64,000 nt of DNA, taken from contig CAVNZM010000016.1 in the NCBI GenBank assembly GCA_963693365.1, forward strand, positions 4,243,957 to 4,307,956, written 5' to 3'. The first letter of the stretch is position 1; each line of letters begins with the position of its first letter. Below the pieces are notes generated by a model. The model searched no databases. It saw only the letters and a list, made by a program, of their open reading frames with translations, and was not told the DNA's origin. Below, one piece after another: positions 1 to 12,928 of the stretch. Source of the DNA: Amoebidium appalachense. Its lineage: Eukaryota; Protista; Ichthyosporea. Both the position numbers and the translations under genes were made by a program.

Positions 1-679
1 CCCTACTCATACCCGGCCAAAAATACGAACGATTAACACGAAGCAACGTCCTATTTACACCTAAATGACCAGCCATGGGATGCTCATGCACCATATGCAA
101 AACCTCAGGCACAAGTGCCGTCGGGACCCAAACTCGGTGTCCGTCTGGCCCAGAACAATGATAAACTAAATCCTGCTCTACCTGACACATTTTTGCTAAC
201 TTAGCTACCTTAATCATCTGCCTTTTATTTTTAAATTTAATCGAATCAACCGGCCCCTTTAAATAATTCTTAACCAGACCAATCAACACATCTTCCTCCT
301 GAGCTAAGATCAAAGCCGTAGGTGCTAAGGCAGGGGCCGAGCCATGAGACTCGGTCCCGACCTCAGACACTGACAGATACCTCCCCCCCCCCTCTCCTAC
401 ACTTATAAGCAAGCAACCCCGGAACCCAAGAAGACACATCCACAGACACAGCATCTATTCCTTTCTGCTCACTCTCCCCCCCCCCCCTTCCCCCCTCCCC
501 CCCCGTCTCTCACTATCCCCCCCCTCCCCCCCTCCTTCTCTTCTTCAAACAAAATATAAGCAGCACGAGAGAGAGCATCACAGTCAACCATTGTTTCACC
601 CTTGGCATAAAACAATTTATAGGAGAACTCACCGAGAGCCGCGGCCCACTTCTGCATCCTCTCGTTGACCAGACGAGTG
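1..679 (-). pseudogene. Gypsy pol 3' fragment: RNase H C-terminus, linker and start of integrase zinc-binding domain
   Basis: Translates RLVNERMQKWAAALGEFSYKLFYAKGETMVDCDALSR. After G-run frameshifts it reads ...RVWVPTALVPEVLHMVHEHPMAGHLGVNRTLLRVNRSYFWPGMSR (H..GHLG..T..YFWPGM integrase N-terminal motif). Confidence 0.9.
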
Positions 680-1160
680 TGTAAACAACTGTACACATGA
701 ACTGTACATGTTTACTAAAGAATGTGATCTACTAGCACACGATTCGTGCTTTGTCATGAATATCACATAAATATTATGTCCGCACCAATAGGACTCACTC
801 TGACCTAAGAATTGAACCATATATGGTTCTTCCGCTGCATACCACATAAACGAAGTGAACCAATAAGAGGTTTGCATAAATAGGACGAAGGTCTGACTGG
901 CTCGGACCGCACCAGAATCACGAATGGCATGTTGCCACCCGCGCTGGCCGCGGATGAACCAATCCTGGGCCTTGATCCGAAACCTGGGGGCTATATAACA
1001 AAGCCGTCCCAGTACGGGGATCACATCAGTGAAGTCTTGAGACAGACTGAGTCGGCCCATAGTAAAAGCAACCTGGCCGCGTGTGCCTTTCTACCCGTTC
1101 TCTGTCTTTATTTTGATTCAGTTGTACTCTGCCTTATCCTAACTAGTCCAACTGTTTACA
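680..1160 (+). repeat. 5' LTR of nested element
   Basis: TG...CA ends. Direct repeat of 3825-4306 differing only by two small indel sites that I could see. Confidence 0.95.
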
Positions 1161-1161
1161 T

Positions 1162-1179
1162 TGGCGACCGCGGCAGGAC
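1162..1179 (+). promoter_or_regulatory. Primer-binding site, tRNA-Arg(UCG)-like
   Basis: TGGCGACCGCGGCAGGAC lies one base after the LTR. It is complementary to the GUCCUGCCGCGGUCG-CCA 3' end that I recall for eukaryotic tRNA-Arg(UCG). Confidence 0.85.
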
Positions 1180-3159
1180 ACTGTTATACATTGCCAACTG
1201 TTTACATTGGCGACCGCGCAGTTCAAGAATCTCGCATCCTTCGAATCTCACATCTTTCAATCAGCTCAAGAATCTCACATCTTTCAATTACCCCAAGAAT
1301 CTGCCATGGCCGATCACAAATCCTTTTTACCACGATGATAGGTACATCTTTCCTTGTCCGACTTAGAATATATACACCGACAAGTTTGAAGTGGCCAGCC
1401 CACCTACACGGAAAGAATTGAAAGCATGTAAAACGGCTTTTGCTACGACACAAAAAAAATGTGAAGAAAAACGAATACACAACGAAACAACGAATACACG
1501 AACAAACGAATAAAGAATTGCTAACGAAGCAATGAACCAACGAAAAACGAACCATCACGAATACACAATGAAATAAAGAATTAACGACAAACGAATGCAT
1601 AGAGGAAATACGAAATGAATGCAACACGAAAACAAAACGAAGTAACGAAGTTATCAAACGACAAAAAACGAAAAACGAAAGCAAAATGAATTGGAAATAC
1701 GAAAATGAAAGAACGAATGCACAACACTGCTTGGGTTGCAATGCACACAGCCCCCTCTATGTTAGGAAGAAAATAAAACCGTTGCCCTTGCGTGCATTGC
1801 GCTATTGCACACTGCCATCGTGTCCATGCCACCGCATGCACGTCCACACTCGCAAGCCAGATGCACGGCCACTTTCAGCACGAATGCATTTAAAGAAGAA
1901 GATAGTCGCTGTTCCTATAGCATGTAGGACATAAGGTGCTGTGAAAGTAGTTTTGCATGCATGCTTCGAATTTCTTGCTGTTGTCGAATACAGCATGCCC
2001 CATAGTTTAGCGCACAGGATGCACAACATGCGCATGAATGTATGCTGGCATGCCTAAACACATTACGAACATATGGCTCATGTATGGCCCTTCCTGGTGC
2101 CATGCAACAACGAATTTGCACTCTTGGTGCACAGAAGGCATGTAATAAAGTCGATGCAGAACTTTTGTTCGTGCATGCGAAACAAACGAAGCTGTGGGGT
2201 ACGAATTTACAGGTAACTGCCAGTGTGTGGCAATACTGTACAAATACTATAACATACGAACTATGCTGTAAAGCCTGGAATACCTGCATGCAAATTAAAA
2301 TTGCTGCCGGCACACCCCCACCAGAATAAAGAAAACAAAAGAATGTGGTATGGGCACCGTTCCCTCACAACCCCAGCATACAGCGTCAGTATTTTGGCTG
2401 GAAGCCTTTCAGTTTCGAATTACGAATACCCTCCTTCACTACTGAAGAAAGTGACGTGGAAGACGAATACGAATACGAATGCAAGGTGTTGTTGACTAAC
2501 ACATCGGACCATCATGTGTACCTAGGCCCTGGTACGGAGGTGACCATGTTATTCCCTTGCAATATGATGACACTGTAACAATTTAGCACGTGCATACCCC
2601 ACCAATGGGCACATGCGGGAGACAACCCCACAAGCTGCCTTATTGGGCACCTCTGCTAAAACGAATATTCTTCTCACGAAGGAACAGAAGAATGCCACGA
2701 ACACGAACCACACACTCCCCAGGCAGCTACTTACGTCTGATGTATGAAAGTAGTAGGTGTGTGAATTGGGTAACTCCATGAACACCAACACGAAAGAAAG
2801 CACAGCACAAAGCAGTTCCACGAACACGAATGGTTTTGGTTTTCCACACAACGAACAGAACCAACAGTAGGGCCACCTACAAATGAAGCAGAGGATGGGG
2901 CACCATCCAGACCTGCACTGGAGGATATGAAAACACGAAGCGCGCTCACGAAGTTGCTTACAAAAGAAAGGGCGACTGTGACGACTTTTCTTTTTAGGCC
3001 AAGCCTCCAGAAGAATGTATTATGCCTGGAATCCCCCTGCTCAACGAAAATGGCTGGCAAATGGGATACGAAAACTGCTCACGAATGGAAGCATGTGTTT
3101 TCTGAAGAAGGCTTGCTTTGCCTACCCTCTTCTTATGAATTATGAACCGGGTTTTTACT

Positions 3160-3320
3160 GGTTCTGACGGGCTGATATATTTCTTTATGTCGCCCAACGA
3201 AGAACATTTAGGGCATTCTTATTCATGCTATTCCCGGCTCCGATGATGCAGGGTTAAAGCTGAAAGGAAAGAAGTGCTCTTTGTTCATGAAAGAAGTGGC
3301 TTTTCCGGCCATGGTGACTC
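3160..3320 (+). pseudogene. Decayed RT remnant inside the non-autonomous element
   Basis: EEHLGH... and DAGLKLKGKKCSLFMKEVAF resemble the EEH..L..AGL.L...KC.F....V.FLGH stretch of LTR-retrotransposon RT. Frameshifted. Confidence 0.7.
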
Positions 3321-3813
3321 GCCTTACAGTCTTAAGGTAGAACCGGGATAAGGAGCAGTGGCTAAGCCTTGAAGCTATCCACCACTACCTGAGCTACGAA
3401 GTGACCTAAGGCTTGAGTTATATTCATTATCGAATGTTTGGTATGATCATTCATCCACACAACCAAATTACTCGCAATTGAAAACGAATCTGCGGGAGTT
3501 TCCTAAAAAGGAAAAACACCTAAAAAAGGAAAATATTACTTCTACAGAAAAAGCCAAGCACAGAGACGAAGCGAACAATTCGCACGCACACTCTGCAACA
3601 AGCTTCGCCACGAAAATGAAAACACAGAAGAATGCTGCATGAATTTGTGTTTTGGCAAATGAAGAAGTGCTCATAGACGTGCACAACTCTATTCCACCGT
3701 CCTTGCTCTGTTCTGTCCAGCAGCTCGGCACACACAAGAATTCTCGCTGAAGGTTGTTTATCGCCTCTCAGCCTGGTGGTTTGCTTGTCTAACGACACCA
3801 CCAGGCTCCCGAC

Positions 3814-3824
3814 AAGGGGGGGAG
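3814..3824 (+). promoter_or_regulatory. Polypurine tract
   Basis: AAGGGGGGGAG immediately before the 3' LTR. Confidence 0.9.
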
Positions 3825-4306
3825 TGTAAACAACTGTACACATGAACTGTACATGTTTACTAAAGAATGTGATCTACTAGCACACGATTCGTGCTTTGTC
3901 ATGAATATCACATAAATATTATGTCCGCACCATGATAGGACTCACTCTGACCTAAGAATTGAACCATATATGGTTCTTCCGCTGCATACCACATAAACGA
4001 AGTGAACCAATAAGAGGTTTGCATAAATAGGACGAAGGTCTGACTGGCTCGGACCGCACCAGAATCACGAATGGCATGTTGCCACCCGCGCTGGCCGCGG
4101 ATGAACCAATCCTGGGCCTTGATCCGAAACCTGGGGGCTATATAACAAAGCCGTCCCAGTACGGGGATCACATCAGTGAAGTCTGAGACAGACTGAGTCG
4201 GCCCATAGTAAAAGCAACCTGGCCGCGTGTGCCTTTCTACCCGTTCTCTGTCTTTATTTTGATTCAGTTGTACTCTGCCTTATCCTAACTAGTCCAACTG
4301 TTTACA
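3825..4306 (+). repeat. 3' LTR of nested element
   Basis: Direct repeat of 680-1160, followed by TSD GAGTG. Confidence 0.95.
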
Positions 4307-4845
4307 GAGTGGTGCCGGCCATGGCTAGGCAGGGCTTGTGGTCGGTGTAGACCTCAAACGTCCTGCCTGCGAGTATATACCTCCATGCCTGTGAGACTGC
4401 CCAAAAGATAGCATGGGACTCTCTCTCTCCGGATTGCTATATCTACGTTCACTTTTACTAAATGAACGACTAGCATAAGCAATCACTCTATCCTGCCCCT
4501 CCTGCACTTGATATAACACGGCCCCCTCAGCAACCTTACTTGCATCACACCGAACTTTAAACATCCCCCCCCGGCCGAAAAATCAGGATGAACAAGCATA
4601 CTCGAAGACTGCAAAGCTAACTTAAGCTTTTCGAAAGCAGAAACAGCATCAACATTCCAATCTATTCTATTCTTCTTCTCCCCCCCGTCTGACTAGTTAA
4701 CGGCAAAGCAAGCATACTATAATCCTTAATATAACGACGAAGATAATTAGTTAAACCTAAAAATTGCCTTAGTTGAGTGACAGTCTGAGGACGGGGCCAC
4801 TCAACTATGGCCCGGATTTTCTCCGGATCAGGGGAAACTTTGAAG
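4307..4845 (-). pseudogene. Gypsy pol: RT thumb/connection and RNase H N-terminal part (frameshifted)
   Basis: PDPEKIRAIVEWPRPQTVTQLRQFLGLTNYLRRYIKDYS; AFEKLKLALQSSSMLVHPDF; FKVRCDASKVAEGAVLYQ...VIAYASRSFSKSERRYS; FEVYTDHKP. Most frame breaks sit in G-runs or an AG repeat, so they may be assembly errors. Confidence 0.92.
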
Positions 4846-7175
4846 ACCATTACTAGACACAATATGACCTAAAAACTTAACCTCCGGCACACCAATCACA
4901 GTCTTGCTACCGCTAATACGAAGACCAGACTCACCCAAAGCTAAAAATACTTTTTCACAATTATTAACTAACTCCTCAAATGACCTACCTTTAATTAAAA
5001 CATCATCCAAATAAGGGTGGCATACATCCAAATGAGGGTGGAGAATTTTATACATTACCCGGCACAACATAGCTGGAGAGGAGAGCAAACCCATCGGCAC
5101 CACCTTGTACTGGAACAGCTGGTCACCTAGTGCAAAGGCAGTCTTCTCCTTGCTGCTCTCCTCCAACCTTATCTGCCAAAAAGCTGCTTTTAAATCAAGT
5201 TTAGCAAAGTGAGTATAGCCGTGCAGCTGTGAAAGCTGCTCGTCTATGTTAGGGAGAGGCCATTGGTCTGCCTTAGTGATCCGATTCAGAGCCCTGTAAT
5301 CGTTCACTAGACGCCAAGACCCGTCGGGCTTCTTAACCAATAGCACCGGACTTCTCCACGGACTCGAACTATGCTCCACATGACCCTTTTTTAACATATC
5401 ACTCACTATAATTAGCGCATCCGACAATTTATACTGCTCCATCCTATAGCTAGGCATCACTACCGGCCTATTATCACCTGTATCGATCTGCATTTCAAAC
5501 CCTTTAACGAAGCCCACTTCGTTATCATCGGCCAGAAATGCAAACCGAGTCCTATCAAATAACTTAGCTAATAACTGTTTCTGCTCCACCGTCCAATCCC
5601 CCTCCTTCATACCAAACGGCAATACTAACTCCGGGTTACCCCCATCACAAGTGGATGCATCCTTATTCACCGGAGTGCCACTTAACATTTCACCTCCTGT
5701 ATTACATCGGTGCTGCTCGGGGTGAGGTTGAGGTACCTCCGGATATAGGCGGTCACCCTTAGCACCCCCCCCTCCCCCCGGCACACCAATGCCCCCGGGC
5801 AATTCCTGATGAGTTAGTGCATGTATGTGGGGGGCCAGGTCTGTGGCCACCCTGCCCCCCACGGTGTTGGTTAACCCGTCAGATCCACGGGTTAGACCAA
5901 CACCCTCCCCCCCTGCCTGCACATTCTCACACCCGGGGTGACCCTCCTTCCTCTTGGGGGTCGGGGGAGTGGGACCGGTGCTGTCCCGGTCCCCCCCCCC
6001 ATCGTGTCGGGTGACATTTTGGTGGCTAACGTTAAATAAAGTTGTCCCCCCTCCTCCTGAGTCACCCTTCGAGCCGGCATCCTCCTTTTGGGTAATAAGA
6101 GAGACCTCTATACTACCAATCTCATTAGTGAAACTACCGACGGAAACACCTGACCTAATCACTATAGGCTCGATGCCCGGATTCACTAATTCTATTTCTA
6201 TTGTCTTATCCGGCCATACCCTACTAAGGGTCCATTGGGCCACCTCCTGAAATGGGGTTTTCGGAGTAAAAACCCCTAAATCCCCGATCCTAACATGATT
6301 GCCGGCCCGGACACGTACCGTTCGGCACTGATAAGGCTCGATTACTACTTCAGCTACCGTTCTAGCACCAGACTGATAACCGTCGAGCCCATCATGGGTT
6401 TTAATTTTAACGCCGGACTGCAATTCTAAAACATTCGTACGTTCAAACAAAGCATTCACATGTCTACGGAAAAATGGGGCTCCCAACAAAACACTTTGAG
6501 CTAAATCCTTAACCACATAACAAGCAATATGCATAGCCTGGCCACCTATCTCACACGGCAACACACAAACCCCTTCCACAGACATACTACTATTATTAGC
6601 ACTACCTAAGGCTGTGCTAGAAGCATCTAAAATAGGAATTTCCCCCCCGGCCTGATTAAAACGACGAATAAACGAAGCATGCACACAATTAACCTGAGCC
6701 CCTCCATCGAGCAAAGCAACAGCCTTCAACTTACCATCAGCTAGCCATACGTCTATATAATGCCGGCTAAAACCAACTAAATCCTCCTCCAATTCAAGCA
6801 ACACATCATCACTCACACCCAATCCCTGCCCACGAAGACTCACACCCTCGATACCTACGTGCAACATACCTACCTGTGGTGCCTGCACGGGTGGGGTGGG
6901 GTGTGTATGTGATGTGGGTGGTGGTGGAGTGTGTGTGTGTGATGTGTGGGTGGGTGGTGTGTGTGTGTGTGGTGTATGTGTGGGTGTGTGTGTGGGTGTA
7001 GGTGTGTCTGCAACCGTCGTATGTTGTTGTGGTGGTGTGTTTCTACGTGTCTGTGCCTTCCCCCCCTTCCCCCTTTACTCGTGTGTGTCCCCCCCCCCTC
7101 CCGGAAACAATGGCACAGAAACCCCCTCCGGTGTGGTTAGAATAAACACCGGGTTGGGACAAGAAACACTGAGAC
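4828..7175 (-). CDS. pol: Gypsy pol: aspartic protease, dUTPase-like segment, spacer, reverse transcriptase
   Basis: ORF 4828-6888, with the frame open upstream to about 7175. Motifs: ALLDGGAQVN, VLLGAPFF, SSSPWRSPVLLVKKPDGSWRLVNDYRALN, LDLKAAFWQI, PMGL, YLDDVLI, VKFLGHIVS. Confidence 0.96.
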
Positions 7176-8119
7176 CATCAGCAAACATCTCCCGGCATCT
7201 TTTTCCCGTCTCAAACCAGTCTGAGACATCCTAAACCCGTAACCCATCCTGAACCATACCCTTTGTAACCGTTATTAGTTAGAGATGACTCCAAGCTATC
7301 CCTAACCCGTGCGGCTTTAGCAGGCGATATTAAAGACATCTCTGTAAGTACGTCCTTAGCATATCTGTAACCCGGCGAAACCCTATCCCGTGTTCCATCT
7401 GTTTCCTCCCCCAAGCATATCTTAGAGCCGTCTTTGTTATGTCTTAAACGAATCTATAAAAAGACAATATTTATGAACTTTTACTAAAAAGATATCCCCA
7501 GCATATCTGTAAGCTATCGATCAGCCGTCTACAAGAGCGCTTTGCGATCACCAATATCCATCTTTAATACTACTTTATGTAGTTCAGACGAGCATATATG
7601 GCATACTTAACACCTCTTGAAGAATTTGCAGAGATATATTACAGATATGTTGTGGTTAACCTAAATGTATCCTTACGATGTAGTTATGTAATATGTTATT
7701 TCAGTCTAACACGAGTTGTCGACTTTAGGACGTACTAAAAGCAACTCACCGATAGGCTAGGGATATTTTTATTGGTACATAGTGACACAAACAAGATATG
7801 CGTGAGACGTATTTACGTCATAATATAGATTCATCATCAATTGAGGAAAAGACACAATTAATATACACTTTAGACGGCTTTAGGACGGCCTAACGTTATA
7901 TATGGTCGCTCCCATAGATAGAATAATTATATATTCATAGTTCTGGTAAGAGCACCGGAAGATTTCTTGATGCAATTTTAAAGCCATCTTTCAGGATGTT
8001 CTAAAAGTCACACTAAAAAGACCGTCGTCATCCTTAAAGTCATCTGTTGGATGGCTGGAGGTTGTCGTGATGATATCTTAAACCCCCACCTCCCTCCTCC
8101 TCCCCCCCCCCCCCCCCCC

Positions 8120-8690
8120 CACCCACCCCACATGAACCTTTGACGATCGATGACGACGATGAGGTGCCAGACCCACAGGGTCTTTTCCTGGGGACCACCA
8201 CCCACCCCACATGAACCTTTGACGATCGATGACGACGAGGAGGTGCCAGACCCACAGGGTCTTGCCTCCATACTTTATTTACCTTAACAGGACAAAGAGC
8301 CGGTACCCACCTATGGGTGCTAAACATGCACATGATCATTCATGTGCTATAAGAGCAACACAGAAACGAAACATGGAAACAACAGCAGCCATAGAACAAA
8401 GAGCCCCAGACCCACAGGGTCTTGCCTCCATACTTTATTTACCTTAACAGGACAAAGAGCCGGTACCCACCTATGGGTGCTAAACATGCACATGATCATT
8501 CGTGTGCTATAAGAGCAACACAGAAACGAAACACGGAAACAACAGCAGCCATAGGACAAAGAGCCCCAGACCCACAGGGTCTTGCCTCCATACTTTATTT
8601 ACCCTAACAGGACAAAGAGCCGGTACCCACCTATGAAACGAAAAACGGAAACAACAGCAGCCATAGGACAAAGAGCCGGTACCCACCTCT
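8120..8690. repeat. Tandem repeats: two ~68-bp units followed by ~2.7 copies of a 160-bp unit
   Basis: CCAGACCCACAGGGTCTTGCCTCCATACTTTATTTACC recurs at about 8246, 8406 and 8566. CATGAACCTTTGACGATCGATGACGACG occurs twice. Confidence 0.93.
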
Positions 8691-8796
8691 AGATGATAAC
8701 GTAGCCTTATAGCTGCTGATGACTTCATGGGCCAACCTTGCCAAAACCTGTAAAGGAACTCGAGCTAAGAATTAGCTCATCCTACTTGCGAGAAGT

Positions 8797-8832
<36 letters not shown>

Positions 8833-9279
8833 GAGGGGGCTGACTGAGAGTGGCAAAAAAAGAGTCGACAGAACCAACCTCAAACATAGTAAGGACGGAA
8901 ACCCGGACCAGAACTTATGAAGTCTAGAGAAACAGAAAATAGCTTGAACGATCGGTGGAGGGGATGATAGCTATAGTGCTAACAGCAAAAGTAGTGCCCA
9001 CAGTCGCTGGTTCAGGAACGTGAAAGGCAACGTGCATCTGCAGCCAGCAGACACACGCACACGCACGCACACACACACACATACACACACACACACACAG
9101 ACACAGACACAGACATAATCACAGGACGGACACAGACCAGACAGACAAACGCCATATGCACAAAAGCAGGCAACACAAAACTAACCTTCAAAGGGCCTTT
9201 CAGCCGCTAGGCAGCATGCAGCATGGTCCAAAACAATCAGCACGGTGGCTGCGCGATCTGCGCAGGGGATCTGTGACAA

Positions 9280-9378
9280 GGCGACCTGCGGGAAGGGAAC
9301 TGCGACCAGGCGACCTGCGGGAAGGGACCTGCGACCAGGCGACCTGCGGGAAAGGACCTGCGGACCTGCGGGAAGGGG
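9280..9378. repeat. Short GC-rich tandem repeat (GACCTGCG/GGGAAGG)
   Basis: Several adjacent GCGACCTGCGGGAAGGG variants. Confidence 0.8.
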
Positions 9379-9718
9379 GAAGAGAAATGGAGCAAACAAC
9401 GTGCGTACAGGCTTAAATGGAGAAAAAATTGCAAACCGGATTGGGATTTAGCCAATCACTATTCGCCGCGCCGATTAGGAAAAAGATAAAAATAGATTTC
9501 GGCTCGCGCGCGCGCGCGCATCAGCTTGTGCCCTTAGCGCTACCCTTAGTGCCCTTAGTCACAACTATCAGACTATAGTTACGTGTCCTCCACTTCTTTG
9601 TTCTTGACCATTTTTTCGGCATGAAAAGGTTTCTGTTACTTCTTGCTGTCCTTCTTAGCGTGCTTGCTTGTCTTTTTTTCAACATGGGTGTCACTGGCGC
9701 TTTCGACTTCTTTGAAAT

Positions 9719-9749
<31 letters not shown>

Positions 9750-10141
9750 GCGCGCGCACGCACACACACTCACACATGCACATTGCACACACACACACAC
9801 ACACACACACACAGGCGCGCACACACAGGCACGCACACACACACAGGCGCACACCTACACAACACACACAGCACATGCACACACAAGCGCACACACGCAC
9901 ACACCCTGTTATCCCTGATCATGATGCCCCCTCCCCCCCCTCCCTCTTCCCCCCCGCGCACCCCCCCCCCCCCCCCCCCCCCCCCCACCCACCCCACCCA
10001 CCCACCTACAAAGACGAAAACATTGTACATGTATTGCATACACAAATATACTCGCACATATACATACACACATTCACTTTAATCTTTCAGGCTACATGTG
10101 CAATATACATTAATTATGCACAGTCGATAGAATTCGTTGTG

Positions 10142-10185
<44 letters not shown>

Positions 10186-10379
10186 CCCCTCGTTCCCCCC
10201 ATATGCAATGGGGATAATATTGTTTCCCGCTATTAATTAAAAAATCACCGTTCTAACTTCCTAAGACCGAACCACTTGTAACACCGACAGTTTCGGTTGT
10301 GTGGAACCCCCCCCCCCCCCCCCCCCTCCCCCCCCCCAACCCACCCACCACCTTACCAATATTGAGGTGTACACTGCCC

Positions 10380-12466
10380 CCACATCCCCAACTGTGTGCT
10401 GAATATCCCGTGCTAGGAAACCAATAACGTGAAAGTAACACATGCCGCATGTGGGTAGTTAATGAAAAAACCAATAATGTCTAGGTAACATACTATGTAC
10501 ATATACTATGCTACAAAGGGGGTTCTATACGAGCTACAACGTTGTGTTTTTTTCGTGTGACCCTCGTACTCCAGGGGCACATTCACCATCCCCCCCATAA
10601 ACTTTGTGGTAAAGTTCTCGTGCTAGAAGCTGTTCTGTGGGTAGTTATTGAAAAAACGAATAATGTCTAGGTAACACATGTACATATGCTATGCTACAAG
10701 GGGGGTTCTATTCGAGCTACAATGTTGTGTTTTTTTTGTGTGACCCTCGTACTCCAGGGGCACATTCACCATCCCCCCCATAAACTTTGTGGTAAATCTC
10801 TCGTGCTAGAGGCTGTTCTGTGGGTAGTTATTGAAAAACCAATAATGTCTAGGTAACATATGTACATATACTATGCTACAAGGGGGGTTCTATACGAGCT
10901 ACAACGTTGTGTTTTTTTCGTGTGACCCTTGTGCTCCAGGGGCACATTTACCATCCCCCCCATAAACTTTTTGGTAAATGTCTCGTGCTAGAAGCTGTTC
11001 TGTGGGTAGTTATTGAAAAAACCAATAATGTCTAGGTAACACATGGACGTATACTATGCTACAAGGGGGGTCTATTCGAGCTACAACATTGTGTTTTTTT
11101 CGTGTGACCCTCGTACTCCAGGGGCACATTCTCCATCCCCCCCATAAACTGTGTGGTAAATTTCTCGTGCTAGAAGCTGTTCTGTGGGTAGTTATTGAAA
11201 AAACCAATAATGTCTAGGTAACACATGTACATATACTATGCTACAATTGCAAGGGGGGTTCTATTCGAGCTACAATGTTGTGTTTTTTTCGTGTGACCCT
11301 TGTACTCCAGGGGCACATTCACCATCCCCCCATAAACTTTGTGGTAAATGTCTCGTGCTAGAAGCTGTTCTGTGGGTAGTTATTGAAAAAACCAATAATG
11401 TCTAGGTAACACATGGACGTATACTATGCTACAAGGGGGGTCTATTCGAGCTACAACATTGTGTTTTTTTCGTGTGACCCTCGTACTCCAGGGGCACATT
11501 CTCCATCCCCCCATAAACTGTGTGGTAAATGTCTCGTGCTAGAAGCTGTTCTGTGGGTAGTTATTGAAAAAACCAATAATGTCTAGGTAACATACTATGT
11601 ACATATACTATGCTACAAGGGGGGTTCTATACGAGCTACAATGTTGTGTTTTTTTTGTGTGACCCTCGTACTCCAGGGGCACATTCACCATCCCCCCATA
11701 AACTCTGTGGTAAATCTCTCGTGCTAGAGGCTGTTCTGTGGGTAGTTATTGAAAAACCAATAATGTCTAGGTAACATATGTACATATACTATGCTACAAG
11801 GGGGGTGCTATACGAGCTACAACGTTGTGTTTTTTTCGTGTGACCTTCGTACTCCAGGGGCACATTCACCATCCCCCCCATAAACGTTGTGGTAAAGGGC
11901 TCGTGCTAGAAGCTGTTCTGTGGGTAGTTATTGAAAAAACCAATAATGTCTAGGTAACACATGTACATATACCATGCTACAAGGGGGGTTCTATTCGAGC
12001 TACAATGTTGTGTTTTTTTCGTGTGACCTTCGTACTCCAGGGGCACATTCACCATCCCCCCCATAAACTTTGTGGTAAATCTCTCGTGCTAGAGGCTGTT
12101 CTGTGGGTAGTTATTGAAAAACCAATAATGTCTAGGTAACATATGTACATATACTATGCTACAAGGGGGGTTCTATACGAGCTACAACGTTGTGTTTTTT
12201 TCGTGTGACCCTCGTACTCCAGGGGTACATTTACCATCCCCCCCATAAACGTTGTGGTAAAGGTCTCGTGCGAGAAGCTGTTCTGTGGGTAGTTATTGAA
12301 AAAACCAATAATGTCTAGGTAACATATGTACATATACTATGCTACAAGGGGGGTTCTATTCGAGCTACAAGGTTGTGTTTTTTTCGTGTGACCCTCGTAC
12401 TCCAGGGGCACATTCACCATCCCCCATAAACTTTGTGGTAAATGTCTCGTGCTAGAAGCTGTTCTG
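10380..12466. repeat. Satellite array, ~181-186-bp unit, 11 full copies plus a degenerate lead copy
   Basis: GTGGGTAGTTATTGAAAAAACCAATAATGTCTAGGTAAC starts at about 10451, 10638, 10820, 11002, 11184, 11371, 11553, 11738, 11920, 12102 and 12284. Confidence 0.97.
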
Positions 12467-12647
12467 TGTCTGATGTGTGGATGTCTGTGTATGTTGTGTG
12501 TGTGTGCATGTCTGTGTGTGTGTATGTGCTCAGTTGAAAGGGAAGGGGGGGAGAGGGGGGATGCACCGTGTGTGTGCATGTGTGCACGTGTGTGTGTGTG
12601 TGCTCTGTGGAGAGGGAAGGGGAGGGGGGAAATGCACCGTGTGTGTG

Positions 12648-12685
<38 letters not shown>

Positions 12686-12891
12686 TGTGTCTGTGTGTAT
12701 TTTTGTGTGCCACAGTGTATGTGTGTGTGTGTGTTGTGTGTTTGTGTGTGTGTGCATGTCTGTGTGCATCGTGTGTGGTGTGTGTGTGTGTGTGTGCATG
12801 TCTGTGCATGTGTGCATGTGCTCGGTGGATAGGGAAGGGGAAGGGGGGGGATTCGTGTCCGTGCATGTGTGCATGTGTGCATGTGTGTGTG

Positions 12892-12928
<37 letters not shown>

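Larger units (their letters stand above)
680..4306 (+). mobile_element. Non-autonomous LTR retroelement nested antisense in the Gypsy RNase H
   Basis: Near-identical LTRs at 680-1160 and 3825-4306 with TGTAAACA...TGTTTACA ends. 5-bp TSD GAGTG at 675-679 and 4307-4311. PBS and PPT are present. Removing it restores the in-frame YTDHKPCLAMAGTTRLVNERMQKW. No long internal ORF. Confidence 0.96.

Noticed and set aside
629-1366. ORFs of 143 and 145 aa over the LTR
   Set aside because: They lie in LTR sequence, the frame is broken by indels in the second LTR, and no motifs are present.
10380-12466. CRISPR-like array
   Set aside because: Whole units are repeated with no unique spacers, there are no cas genes, and the context is eukaryotic.
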